A stretch of 64,000 nucleotides of DNA, taken from the NCBI GenBank assembly GCA_963768425.1, contig CAVYHV010000014.1, positions 256,001 to 320,000 on the forward strand, in the 5' to 3' direction. This document shows, in pieces, positions 1 to 10,017 of the stretch. The notes beneath the pieces were generated by a model. It had not been told where the DNA came from and did no database searches. It saw only the letters and a program-made list of their open reading frames with translations. How positions within the stretch are numbered: the first letter of the stretch is position 1; every line of letters starts with the position of its first letter. The stretch is from Candidatus Bathyarchaeota archaeon. Its GTDB lineage: Archaea; Thermoproteota; Bathyarchaeia; Bathyarchaeales; Bathycorpusculaceae. A program made the position numbers and the translations under genes.

Positions 1-856
<856 letters not shown>

Positions 857-1148
857 GTGACACTCCGTTTTGATTTCTGCGGATCTTGTTGTTTTTTGTG
901 TGGTACGAATATTTCGCATTCTTGTGCCTAACTGGATTTGGAGGGAAAAACATTCCACTCAATACGTCAAAGCCCAATTCAGACCTAACTGAGCAATTAG
1001 TCAGGTCTACATTCATGTCCCCGCAACTGGAGGCCAACACCATCATTCCTGCAAGGCAAACGCCGTTTCGGTACGGGTTGAGCCGCCGCCATGTGAAAAT
1101 TGCGGGGCTAGCAATTATAGCTGAATTCTATCAGAAGCGCCTCTATCC

Positions 1149-1166
1149 GATATAAACATTTCTTTA
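1149..1166 (-). promoter_or_regulatory. Putative rRNA promoter (BRE + TATA)
   Basis: Minus strand reads AAAGAAATGTTTATAT, ~300 nt upstream of the 16S 5' end. Confidence 0.5.
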
Positions 1167-1411
1167 ACATTGAGGTAAACATTATTCCTTTAAGGGTAAG
1201 CCGTTTTGCCGTAGCGCTTTCAATGGTTTCCGTTAATTCTTTCCGCGGCTCAAGCAGCATTAGAAAAAAAGAATATGATAAAACCGTTTGAATAAGTGAA
1301 GAACATCGGTGATTGTCTTACTTTTTGCAATCCAGAAAGTTCATGTTGAAAAGTAGGGTTTCAAGTTTCGATTTTGAACCATGAAACTTAGATCCCTCTG
1401 ATCATTGCGCT

Positions 1412-1528
1412 TTAGTTTCGACCTGTTTCATGGCTCCATTTACCTTTGCAAAAGATACTGAAGTCGCAGGCGACACACGGGCCCTTTACACCAAGGTCAC
1501 AACAATCATCGTCTTTAATTTCTATCAT
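1412..1528 (-). CDS. Small Cys-rich hypothetical protein (38 aa, not in ORF track)
   Basis: Manual translation MIEIKDDDCCDLGVKGPCVACDFSIFCKGKWSHETGRN; purine-rich leader and TTATA ~40 nt upstream. Confidence 0.35.
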   Translation of the reverse strand: MIEIKDDDCCDLGVKGPCVACDFSIFCKGKWSHETGRN

Positions 1529-1870
1529 CGGTTAGCCTTCTTCTCAACTATCCAAGTCATGAGTAGTAATATAAGCGGAGTTTCGAAACGAGAAATATGT
1601 CAAAACACGTAACACAATTTTTAGTGGTTTAGGTCGCAATCTTTTGCTTCGCCGTTTTAACGTTAAATGGATGTTTCTTGAAAGGAGACACCTTCACCCC
1701 ATTGTTGCAAACCCTTTTTTTCAATTACAGGTTCAACAGGTCAAAGTACATTTTCGTCAGCCGAATGGTTATGCGATGATATTTTTTTCTGACTTCTAGC
1801 CACTTACGGTCGGTTTAAGACGAGAACTTTACTCATTAGTCAGCCAAAAAACAGGGGTGACCGCGAAAAG

Positions 1871-2503
1871 CTATGCCCGGACACACTGCCCTGTAAGCAC
1901 GCGGAAACCGCTGCCCCGAGCAAGAACCTGAACGTTTCCGAAAGTCGCCTCGAAAACAGCAGGCAAAACCTTCAAGCCGATTTTGGAGCGAATAACCATC
2001 TGGAAAGACCCCCCATCAGCCAACACAGCAGGCGAGCCTGTCACAATAGCTTTAACCGTGTCCATTCCAGCGCTGACCGGGGGATTAGACAAGATACAGT
2101 TAAACACTTGACCTTTCACGGGCTCGTAAAATTCCCCGTAACGAACCTCAGCGTTCCAAGATCTGTTCGATTCAATGTTCTTTTTCGCCAACCGCACAGC
2201 CCTAACATTCACATCCGTCATTACAACATGCAGTTTAGGGTTAAGTGCTGCAGCAACGATTCCGACTGCACCATAGCCACAGCCAATGTCAAGAACGCAG
2301 CCAGCCTTAGGCAACACCATCGATTCAACAAGAAGTCTTGTTCCCAAATCAATACGGCGTTTCGAAAAAACGCTCGAAGCGGTCAAAAACTCGAAGTTTC
2401 TTCCGCAGAGGCAGGTTCGAATTAACCCGAAACGTTCTTCAGACTTAGGTGCGCTGCTAAAATAATGATCAGCGGTATCGGTGCTACGGTTCTTTGGCTT
2501 CAT
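1871..2503 (-). CDS. Class I SAM-dependent methyltransferase, RsmC/MJ0882-like
   Basis: VFSKRRIDLGTRLL, LDIGCGYG and SNPP motifs. Confidence 0.9.
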   Translation of the reverse strand: MKPKNRSTDTADHYFSSAPKSEERFGLIRTCLCGRNFEFLTASSVFSKRRIDLGTRLLVESMVLPKAGCVLDIGCGYGAVGIVAAALNPKLHVVMTDVNVRAVRLAKKNIESNRSWNAEVRYGEFYEPVKGQVFNCILSNPPVSAGMDTVKAIVTGSPAVLADGGSFQMVIRSKIGLKVLPAVFEATFGNVQVLARGSGFRVLTGQCVRA

Positions 2504-3509
2504 GCTTCGACCCTGTCTTCCAAACCTTTGGGTAAGTGCCTCGCTCCATCAGCACACGTTCCAACCCAACAACCGCGCCATGCTTCAAATCCATCATCTC
2601 TTCCGCCGAGACCAAAGCCTTGCCTAACGCCACTGCTTCGCCCTTCAAAGTGAAAACCGCCATAATCGAACCCTTCTTTACTCCCGCCTCAACCTGCAAT
2701 AACCCGGGAGCTGTTAAGTTGGCTCCGTGGCATAAGGCGTCCACGGCAGAGTCCCGCACAACAGCTTTCGGCAGAAGAGAAAGCGCCTCTTCCATTGGAA
2801 CGATGAATTTGTGCAGAATAGCTTCGTCTTTCTTGCTTTCCCATTCCCCAAACCAGTAGGCAACGTCGTGTAAAGTCACTTTAGAAGTGCTGTTCTCTGT
2901 GAATGGCCCAGAGCGTGTTCTACGCAGCTCTTGCATGTGGGCACCAACGCCGAGTATTTCGCCTATATCGAAGCACAATTTGCGGATGTAGGTTCCTGCT
3001 TCGCAACCAACGAGAAAGAGCACATTTCGTCCGTCGGTTTCAAAGTAGTCGATATAATAGATGCGTCTAGTTCGAAGTTGCCGTTTAACCGAAGACCGCA
3101 ACGGCGGACGCTGATAAATCTCATCTTCAAACTCGCCTAGAACCTGCTTGATATTCGCTTCCTCCGCATTGCCGTGGAGCTTCATTACGCAAACGTATTC
3201 TTTGCCGCTGTAGAGAAAAGCCTGGACAACCTTCGTGGCGTCCTCCAACGTAATAGGTAAGACACCTGTTACTTTGGGGTCAAGTGTGCCTCCGTGCCCG
3301 ATGTTGTTCAGCTTCATGATTTTCTTCACCCAGGCTGCAACTTCGTGGCTTGTTGGTCCAGCTGGTTTGTCAAGGTTAATCGTGCCGTACTTGATGTATT
3401 CGTCGGCTGGTCGTTGAGAAGGCTGATGCCCGAATTTTGGGTTCGTGCTGTCCTGGGCCTTCGTTAACAGTTCCCGTTTAATTTCCCAAGGCGGCGTAGT
3501 TCTAGGCAT
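2484..3509 (-). CDS. cbf5: H/ACA pseudouridine synthase Cbf5
   Basis: LDKPAGPTSHEV, GHGGTLDP catalytic motif, C-terminal PUA domain. Confidence 0.97.
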   Translation of the reverse strand: MPRTTPPWEIKRELLTKAQDSTNPKFGHQPSQRPADEYIKYGTINLDKPAGPTSHEVAAWVKKIMKLNNIGHGGTLDPKVTGVLPITLEDATKVVQAFLYSGKEYVCVMKLHGNAEEANIKQVLGEFEDEIYQRPPLRSSVKRQLRTRRIYYIDYFETDGRNVLFLVGCEAGTYIRKLCFDIGEILGVGAHMQELRRTRSGPFTENSTSKVTLHDVAYWFGEWESKKDEAILHKFIVPMEEALSLLPKAVVRDSAVDALCHGANLTAPGLLQVEAGVKKGSIMAVFTLKGEAVALGKALVSAEEMMDLKHGAVVGLERVLMERGTYPKVWKTGSKHEAKEP

Positions 3510-3567
3510 AAAGTTTTCAATCCTAAGTGATGATAAGAAAAAGAAACATGAGATATTAAAGCTTAAA

Positions 3568-3846
3568 CTATGCGGCTTTTATGGTCTGCGTCATTTCCTG
3601 CAGTTTGCCTGCAGCCTCTAAAACCTGGGCTACCTCGTCGTCTGACGCGCCACGTTTAACCTCGATCTTTTCTTGCAGAGGCATAACGTGGTTGATGTTT
3701 ACGCGTCGCCGCTTAACGCCAGTAACCTTTTTGGGTCCAGTAACAAGAACGAAACTTTTGTCCATTACATCGATAACGACACATTTTTTGCCGTTCTCTC
3801 GTCCAGCTTGCTTGACGCATATTCTTCCAACTTCTATAGCGGGCAT
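3568..3846 (-). CDS. rpl14e: 50S ribosomal protein L14e
   Basis: [22 protein letters not shown]...GVKRRRVN; usual neighbour of cbf5. Confidence 0.95.
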   Translation of the reverse strand: MPAIEVGRICVKQAGRENGKKCVVIDVMDKSFVLVTGPKKVTGVKRRRVNINHVMPLQEKIEVKRGASDDEVAQVLEAAGKLQEMTQTIKAA

Positions 3847-4233
3847 CCTTAAGTCATCTCCATAAGAGACAAAGATACAACAGTCGGCACATATAAGCGT
3901 AACATAAATTCAGGAGAAAAAGACGAAAAATGCGCATAATGCAATTAGACGCGCGTCTGAAAGAAAGAGTTAGGTGCCAGTTAAGTTAAAACCCCACTTT
4001 GCATCATTCGCTTCCACTTTCAATCGCTTTGACGTTATCTCAGCAACAATTGAACTTTTTGCAGGAGCGAATTGATGTTTAGTGAAGCGTGTTCCTCAAC
4101 TGGCAATTAAACTTTCTTAACCATAGAATATAATGTTATGTTGGCACCTTAAAGCTACAAAAAAGAAACGGCGACCGCTCAAACGGCATGCAAAAAACTT
4201 AAACAAGACAATGTTGACTGTATCGATGCTGGT

Positions 4234-4356
4234 GCCGGGGTATCCGAGCCAGGTCTAAATAGGCGGCCAGAAAAAATTGTTTGCCTAAGATATGGAGGAG
4301 GACTTAAGATCCTCTGGCTAAGGCCTTCGTGGGTTCAAGTCCCACCCCCGGCACCA
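4234..4356 (+). tRNA. tRNA-Leu(TAA) with 35-nt intron (4259-4293) at about position 22/23; encoded CCA
   Basis: Acceptor stem GCCGGGG/CCCCGGC, anticodon arm GAGGA-CTTAAGA-TCCTC, long variable arm, GTTCAAGTCC T-loop; BHB-type helix GTCT/AGAT with AAA bulge. Confidence 0.93.
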
Positions 4357-4423
4357 CATATAAATAAAAGCACTGGGGGTTTGCGCTGGCGATGTTGAAG
4401 GCCTGTTTTAGTTGTTTTTTCAT

Positions 4424-5734
4424 TTATTTTCTCTTCCTGAATAATTTATGTCCTTCAAAGTCGCAGACAAATTCGAATCCTGCCTCGATTAGTTCGCAGG
4501 CTTCTTTCTCTGTTTTTGCGACCTTTGACACAAAGTCTATTTGGTCGGCGAATAGGGCTTCTTCGAGTTGGATGTAAATCAATGTGTTTTCAATTCTTTT
4601 GTGGCCTAAGAGCTGCTTCACGTATAAGACATCTTTTGTCCTGTGGTACTCCATGGTTGCTTTCCAAGTTCGCATAGTCTTGAACATTATTTTGCTTAGG
4701 CGGGGGTTTTGGACTTTTTCTGCTGTGCGGTCTCTTTGTTCCGCGTAGTTGTCTCTGAAAGTATCGATCTCCATATTTGGTTTGGAGAAGATGCGTTTTC
4801 CATAGTTTCTCGGAAGTTTTTGTAGCCTGCGTATGAGTTTGTCGCTTAAATGAAAGATTCTCGGTTTGCTATTCTTCTCAGGTGTTATGTTTATTGTGTT
4901 GGTTTCCAAGTCAAGGTCGTCCCATTTAAGTTGCCAGGCTTCGCCACATCTTATACCTGTTTCTTTGAGCAGTTGGAGGAAAGTCCCTGTTCGGTGACTG
5001 CAATCTGCGACTAGCTGGTCAATTTCTGTTTCTTTGGGGACAAAAGGCAGCTTGGCTATAGCGGTGTACTTCGGAGCAGCCCAGGTTCCACCGACCATCT
5101 TTAGGAAGGATGAGTAAGCGTCGACTGCGTTGCCTTTTCTACCTTCGCACCATGGCTGTTTAGCTATTGCTCTTTTGACTGATTCTGGGTCATATAGGTC
5201 TGCTTCGCGTCTGGTAAGAATGCGCAGTAGTTTGGATCTGCCTAGGATTGTTGCGTCTCTGTAGCCTTCTTTTTTCATCCACCAAGCAAATTCTACTAGT
5301 TTTCCTTTGACTTCATTTGTTTCTTTTCTCCGCAGAACTTCACTTGTTTGTTGTTCTGCGACCAAGTTTTTCGTCTCCGTGACGCATATTTGGCGAGAAG
5401 TAACTATGCCATCTTTGCTTTTTAATGACTCCGTTTCAATCATTTCAACTGTTTCTATGGCTTCTTTTGCTTTCCCGACATCATCGGGGTCTGAAAATCT
5501 TAATCCGCATTCGCGGCAAAGCCATCGTTGGATTGGGTTGCCAAACATTGGAGAACGCAGGCCGTCACGCCAGAGCTTTTTGGATCCGCATTGTGGGCAT
5601 GGGTGTAGGGGGCTGGCGTTTGCAGAACCTGGGGGAGGTTCCGACTTACGACTACAGGGACTTGAAACATCGCCAAATAAGCTGTCCGGAGACGGTGCCT
5701 CTGTAGTAAGTCCAACCATTCCCTTCCACCTCAC
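4424..5734 (-). CDS. Tyrosine recombinase/integrase with N-terminal Zn ribbon
   Basis: ETGIRCGEA (R), KTMR (at HxxR), LLGH, LIY (Y); CPQC...CREC at N-terminus. Confidence 0.93.
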   Translation of the reverse strand: MRWKGMVGLTTEAPSPDSLFGDVSSPCSRKSEPPPGSANASPLHPCPQCGSKKLWRDGLRSPMFGNPIQRWLCRECGLRFSDPDDVGKAKEAIETVEMIETESLKSKDGIVTSRQICVTETKNLVAEQQTSEVLRRKETNEVKGKLVEFAWWMKKEGYRDATILGRSKLLRILTRREADLYDPESVKRAIAKQPWCEGRKGNAVDAYSSFLKMVGGTWAAPKYTAIAKLPFVPKETEIDQLVADCSHRTGTFLQLLKETGIRCGEAWQLKWDDLDLETNTINITPEKNSKPRIFHLSDKLIRRLQKLPRNYGKRIFSKPNMEIDTFRDNYAEQRDRTAEKVQNPRLSKIMFKTMRTWKATMEYHRTKDVLYVKQLLGHKRIENTLIYIQLEEALFADQIDFVSKVAKTEKEACELIEAGFEFVCDFEGHKLFRKRK

Positions 5735-5741
5735 ATTGCGT

Positions 5742-6119
5742 TTACTTCTTGCTCGCCGCGCTTTTTGGCGGTTGCAAAAACAAGATTATTTTGCCTTCTA
5801 CAGATCGTTTGAAAAGTCTAGGATGCTCCTTCTTGAATAGATCCAAGGCGTCTTGGTTTTCAAAAACCGGCGAAGAATAGGCCTCATGGCTGTCTAAGTG
5901 TGGCTGGCAGAATGGCATCCAGGTTTTGCTAGTGCCGTCAGCTAAGAAGAGATAGCTTGTTAAACCCGCAGACGGTTGGCCACAGACAATGCAGGGCTTT
6001 CTGCGTTTCTTGCTTGGTCCATTTACTACCGGAGGCTCTGTTGTGGGTTCCTGGAGAGTGCAGCTCATGGTTTTGCCTCGCTTTATTTGAAGAATTCTTC
6101 GTCTCGGAGTTTGCGGCAA
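5742..6119 (-). CDS. Hypothetical Zn-finger protein (start probably ~6068)
   Basis: CIVC...CQPH; packed between 6083-6325 and the integrase. Confidence 0.6.
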   Translation of the reverse strand: MPQTPRRRILQIKRGKTMSCTLQEPTTEPPVVNGPSKKRRKPCIVCGQPSAGLTSYLFLADGTSKTWMPFCQPHLDSHEAYSSPVFENQDALDLFKKEHPRLFKRSVEGKIILFLQPPKSAASKK

Positions 6120-6325
6120 ACTCTGATGTAATAATGTCTTCTGCAGAAGTCCAGGATCTTGTTTAGCTCCGGATCATCGCCTGATGAATACTCTTTTTTG
6201 AATCCCACCCTTCCAGTTTGAACGCGGATTTCAAACATCCCATCATTTGCTAGGAGCTGATAGAAACCAAGTTTCTCCCCAGCATACTCCTCAAGGACAT
6301 CCCAATCCTCAATAATATTGACCAA
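6083..6325 (-). CDS. Small hypothetical protein of the integrase operon
   Basis: AGGTGA RBS; protein-like composition. Confidence 0.65.
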   Translation of the reverse strand: MVNIIEDWDVLEEYAGEKLGFYQLLANDGMFEIRVQTGRVGFKKEYSSGDDPELNKILDFCRRHYYIRVCRKLRDEEFFK

Positions 6326-6380
6326 GTCATGTCACCTAAAATCATGTTACTGCAAAAAGTTAAAGGAATTCTGGCATGTC

Positions 6381-6455
6381 CAAAGCACAGTGTGCTCTAT
6401 AGGACTTTACAAAGCATAGTATGCTCTGGGGTACTTAGCAAAACACAGTGTCAAG
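6381..6455. repeat. Three 29-bp-period direct repeats with palindromic cores
   Basis: Units start at 6381, 6410 and 6439: CAAAGCACAGTGTGCTCT / CAAAGCATAGTATGCTCT / CAAAACACAGTGTC. Confidence 0.8.
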
Positions 6456-6591
6456 AAACGGACATATCCACATGGCACTCGCCCGTGCTTCTTCTGAATT
6501 TTTTCATTTTTCTTCCTATCATCAAAAGAACTAATTCAAGTAATCCAAGCATCACAAAACTAAAAAAGAAAATGACCTCAAATACATTATT

Positions 6592-7368
6592 ATGACATTA
6601 AGATATCTGACCTCAGAGCAAGTTCGAAAAGAAATTGAGAAAATTCCAGACAAAGATATGCGGGTGTTCTCAGAATGCGTATATGTTTTTGCTGCCAGAC
6701 CAGTTGAATTAGCGGGAATCGCTTGTGAAGGAGAAAAAGCTTTAGGTCCAAAAGGAACAGATGCAGAAATTTTCAGATATCAACCTAATACTATTGAAAT
6801 CGTTAAGTTGGCTAGAATCGTACAGAACCTTCAGAAACAACTTTTGAGCACAATCGACTTACGCAAAGAATTTCTTTCTCAAATGCAACAAGTAATCTCA
6901 CCGGTCAAGATTGCCGTCTTTACTATTGCTATCGCTAAAACAAGATTACCACCTGAAGAACCCATTGCCTGTCGACACGTTGCGTTACCTTTGGATAAAG
7001 AATATGAAGATTGGACTCAGGAGATATATGATTATTTCCATGATGCCGATGAGAACCTTGTTTTTAACTATAATCGAAAACATTATTTGGATTATTTAAG
7101 GCAACATGGCGTCTTTAAGAACTTAGGTTATCGAATAGAAAGCTACATCGAACCAGACAGTGGAAGAATAATACCCACTCATTACCGTAAAATCACGCTC
7201 GAAGGATTACGGCGTGTCCGAGAAGCAGAACTGAAAAACTTCTATGGATTATCGCCTTCAGAGTTTTATATTTTTGCTGGACGGAAACTAAAACTAATAA
7301 CAACAAGTAACTTTACGCTGGAACAGTATGTTTCTTATCTTCCCAAACTCCTTAAAGAACGAGAGTAG
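6592..7368 (+). CDS. Divergent tyrosine-recombinase-like protein (catalytic domain only, degenerate motifs)
   Basis: AARPVEL, KTR..RHVALPL, TLEGLRRVR, late Tyr (YVSY) in the order expected for a tyrosine recombinase. Confidence 0.55.
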   Translation: MTLRYLTSEQVRKEIEKIPDKDMRVFSECVYVFAARPVELAGIACEGEKALGPKGTDAEIFRYQPNTIEIVKLARIVQNLQKQLLSTIDLRKEFLSQMQQVISPVKIAVFTIAIAKTRLPPEEPIACRHVALPLDKEYEDWTQEIYDYFHDADENLVFNYNRKHYLDYLRQHGVFKNLGYRIESYIEPDSGRIIPTHYRKITLEGLRRVREAELKNFYGLSPSEFYIFAGRKLKLITTSNFTLEQYVSYLPKLLKERE

Positions 7369-7466
7369 ATTACACGTCATGATTACCACCAAACTCTTTT
7401 TCAACTCGATTAAAACGTTGTTGTCAGCAATTTTCTTAATTAGAGGCAATAAATGGGTAATTCTCC

Positions 7467-8354
7467 TTAATGTTTTTCTTCGTCTTTGATGCTTTTTTTC
7501 TTCGCAACCCTTTTGATGCTAGGAGGTTCTGGAACGGTCTTAGGATACTCTATCAACTTCAATTCCGGAACGGATTCTAAGAAAAGAGGAGAACTGTTCC
7601 TGTTAGCATTACTAACGGATTCTAAGAAAAAGCCAGAACTACTCCTTGTAGCATCACCAGACAAAAATACGGGTGATCCAACTGGACGAATATTCTGTTC
7701 AATCTTGGAGAGCCTATTTCCGATGTCGCCAATCATTGATGAAAGATTTGATAAGACACTTCCAAGTGGATGTTCAACTTGTTTCAGGCTGTCTAGAGTT
7801 ATCGCTTGAGAAATTGGTGAATCTACAAGGTTGGGATTTTTTATTACTTCCTCAATTTGTTTTTTGAGGTCATCTTTAGCCCTCTGAACACTATCCAAGT
7901 CTTTATAGTCTAATTTTATGGTTCGATTTGCTGAGATGTCAAAAGGGAGTATTTGGTCCTCCGCTATAAGCTGGACTACAGGCTTTTTCAATACGTGCCT
8001 CAGTGCCAACTCATACATCACATTGGGGTTGTGGTCAGTAAGGTCCGCAATAACAAGAGGGTCATTAATTATATGATCAATAATTTGAGTTGTTATTATG
8101 CCTGGCTTGGTTATCTTGTCTGCTCGGATGGCAACGAAACCGATTTCTGATGTCACTGGCTCTATTATGTACTTGAGTATTTGGTCAGATCGCTTACGGG
8201 TATTTGAATCTGGTTCTCCTATTGGAGCGATAACAAAAGCAATCTTATCATCTGTTGTCCGTGTCTTAGAAGTTCCTTCCGTGGACATAGTTCTCTCCAA
8301 TATAACTATCATAGTTTTTTCGTATTTCAAGTTGTTGGAAGAGGAGAAATGCAC
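7467..8354 (-). CDS. Nucleoside 2-deoxyribosyltransferase/TIR-like protein with coiled coil (start probably ~8288)
   Basis: FVIAPIG, RAD..PG.IT.QII, VIADLTDHNPNVMYEL, LPFDI. Confidence 0.8.
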   Translation of the reverse strand: MHFSSSNNLKYEKTMIVILERTMSTEGTSKTRTTDDKIAFVIAPIGEPDSNTRKRSDQILKYIIEPVTSEIGFVAIRADKITKPGIITTQIIDHIINDPLVIADLTDHNPNVMYELALRHVLKKPVVQLIAEDQILPFDISANRTIKLDYKDLDSVQRAKDDLKKQIEEVIKNPNLVDSPISQAITLDSLKQVEHPLGSVLSNLSSMIGDIGNRLSKIEQNIRPVGSPVFLSGDATRSSSGFFLESVSNANRNSSPLFLESVPELKLIEYPKTVPEPPSIKRVAKKKSIKDEEKH

Positions 8355-8466
8355 GGTTGGGAGAAGAGATGGAACGGTGAGAAAACATTAGATTATGATC
8401 AAAACTGGAATTTGATTCTGTGTTGGCTGTTGGCAACTGGGAAGAGGTAGCTTGGGGGGTTGCAGC

Positions 8467-8730
8467 CTATCCGATCAATCCGGCAATCGCAGCCAAAATT
8501 TCCATTGCCGAGTCATCGTCTATCAGGTTAAGAAGACTATATAGGCTAGTTGAGCCGAGCACAAGCCCCAGATAAGCTTTGCCTGCTAGTTCATACACAA
8601 TTGCTTCAAAGCCTGCCTTTGTATTCTGAATTCTTGCTACTTTCAAATATCCTGTTTGCACAAGCGCTCGCACTCGCCTGTTCACGTTTCCGTAATGAAT
8701 GTGGTTGAAGCCCCTAAGGCACTTGCAGCT
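8467..8730 (-). pseudogene. Winged-HTH protein, apparently N-terminally truncated
   Basis: HYGNVNRRVRALVQTGYL...YEL wing; no convincing start further upstream. Confidence 0.5.
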
Positions 8731-8760
8731 AAGAGAATTGCAAGAGTAGTAAACTTTAGC

Positions 8761-9114
8761 TTACGCATTCCTTAACGCCTCTGTTTCCTTAAGATACCTT
8801 TGCCTATCACATTCCTCATTAAGCTGCTGCAGTTTCGTCATCATCTGCTTAACTTTAAGATAGAAGTCCAAGCCGTTAGCATTCAAAACAAAAAACTCGT
8901 TATAATGATACGACTTTTTTTCCGGGCTAAGCGGATGAATAACTTTCCCGCAACGGGAAGGCTCGACGTAACCACGAACCTGCAGCACATGGAGAATATT
9001 TTTCAGCAAAAGACAGTTCAAATTAGTCTTATACATCAAATGAGTAAGCTTCAGCTTCTCCACAGCTAAGGCTTCAAGAACCGCGTAAACTTGCTCGCTC
9101 TCATTTCTTCTCAT
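8761..9114 (-). CDS. Winged-HTH protein (ArnR1/HTH_45-like)
   Basis: LTHLMYKTNLN...L..RGYV...NG. Confidence 0.7.
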   Translation of the reverse strand: MRRNESEQVYAVLEALAVEKLKLTHLMYKTNLNCLLLKNILHVLQVRGYVEPSRCGKVIHPLSPEKKSYHYNEFFVLNANGLDFYLKVKQMMTKLQQLNEECDRQRYLKETEALRNA

Positions 9115-9118
9115 AATT

Positions 9119-9436
9119 TCACCCGATTAAGCCGGACATGAGATGGATGCTGCCCCCGAAGAAATAATACATAATAGCTGCCGTAGTAAGCGAGGTAATA
9201 GTAACAGTCGCTATGGGTTTTAGGGCGTTTATCCAGCTTGTGTTTATTCTATTTTTTATTTTGGCTTGAGTTAATTCGAAGATGACGCCCTCCTTCATCC
9301 CGGTCCCGTCTTCGCCCAGAAGCGCCCGGTGAATTTGATCAATACTTTTCTTAATTTCAGGACAAGTAGGGCAATTTGCATACTGATTAGAGTCCTCTGA
9401 CAATTTATTGCAGAGCTCCTTGGCAACGAGTATCAC
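9119..9436 (-). CDS. Small protein with C-terminal TM helix, virus-like
   Basis: CPTC, ALLGEDGTG, hydrophobic C-terminal segment. Confidence 0.6.
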   Translation of the reverse strand: MILVAKELCNKLSEDSNQYANCPTCPEIKKSIDQIHRALLGEDGTGMKEGVIFELTQAKIKNRINTSWINALKPIATVTITSLTTAAIMYYFFGGSIHLMSGLIG

Positions 9437-9653
9437 ATAATACAGTGCCTTTTTCGAGAAGAGGAATATCAGACAAGGTAACTGGTTCTTCGGGGCCTAC
9501 ACTTTTGGAGACGTGACCAACAACTTGTTCACAGCTGACCACATTAATTGATTCGCTTCGCTGCCGATCCCAAAATGCCTCCTGAAGCATGAAGGATCTA
9601 GCCATGCTGGTTTGACTTCTTTTATGAACCATACTAAAGCACTCTTCCTGCAT
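9405..9653 (-). CDS. Hypothetical protein
   Basis: Co-oriented with and overlapping the next backbone gene; no motif recognised. Confidence 0.35.
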   Translation of the reverse strand: MQEECFSMVHKRSQTSMARSFMLQEAFWDRQRSESINVVSCEQVVGHVSKSVGPEEPVTLSDIPLLEKGTVLCDTRCQGALQ

Positions 9654-9825
9654 CCCCCTTGCAGGTGGCGCAAAGCGAAAACAGCTAACTATCTACTCTT
9701 CCTTAATACTCATTCAATAAGACAGCTATTTAGGCACTTGACATGAGGAATCTTAAGTATTGTTTGCCTTTGTTATTTGGGTTCAGTAAGACTTCATGTC
9801 TTAGGATTTTTTATTAAGTTATTGA

Positions 9826-9938
9826 GGTTTGCTGAGGCTCTGGAAACTAAGGAAGGAATTTCTTTAGGAGAAAAAAGAAAAATGCAACTCTCAATTGCAG
9901 CTTTATTGAATGTAACCAAAGCCTTCTCAGCCGCCATT
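9826..9938. repeat. Conserved ~115-bp non-coding element, copy 1
   Basis: Highly similar to 13913-14033; first 17 bp GGTTTGCTGAGGCTCTG recur exactly at 19838-19854. Confidence 0.85.
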
Positions 9939-10017
9939 TTTTTCAACTCTCCTAATAGTTTTTTTAAAAGGACTAAAAAAAGGGAAAAAGGGGATTTGTG
10001 TTGATTGTTTTGTCAGT

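Noticed and set aside
6381-6455. Mini-CRISPR array
   Set aside because: Period is only 29 bp, the intervening bases are similar rather than unique spacers, and there are no cas genes.
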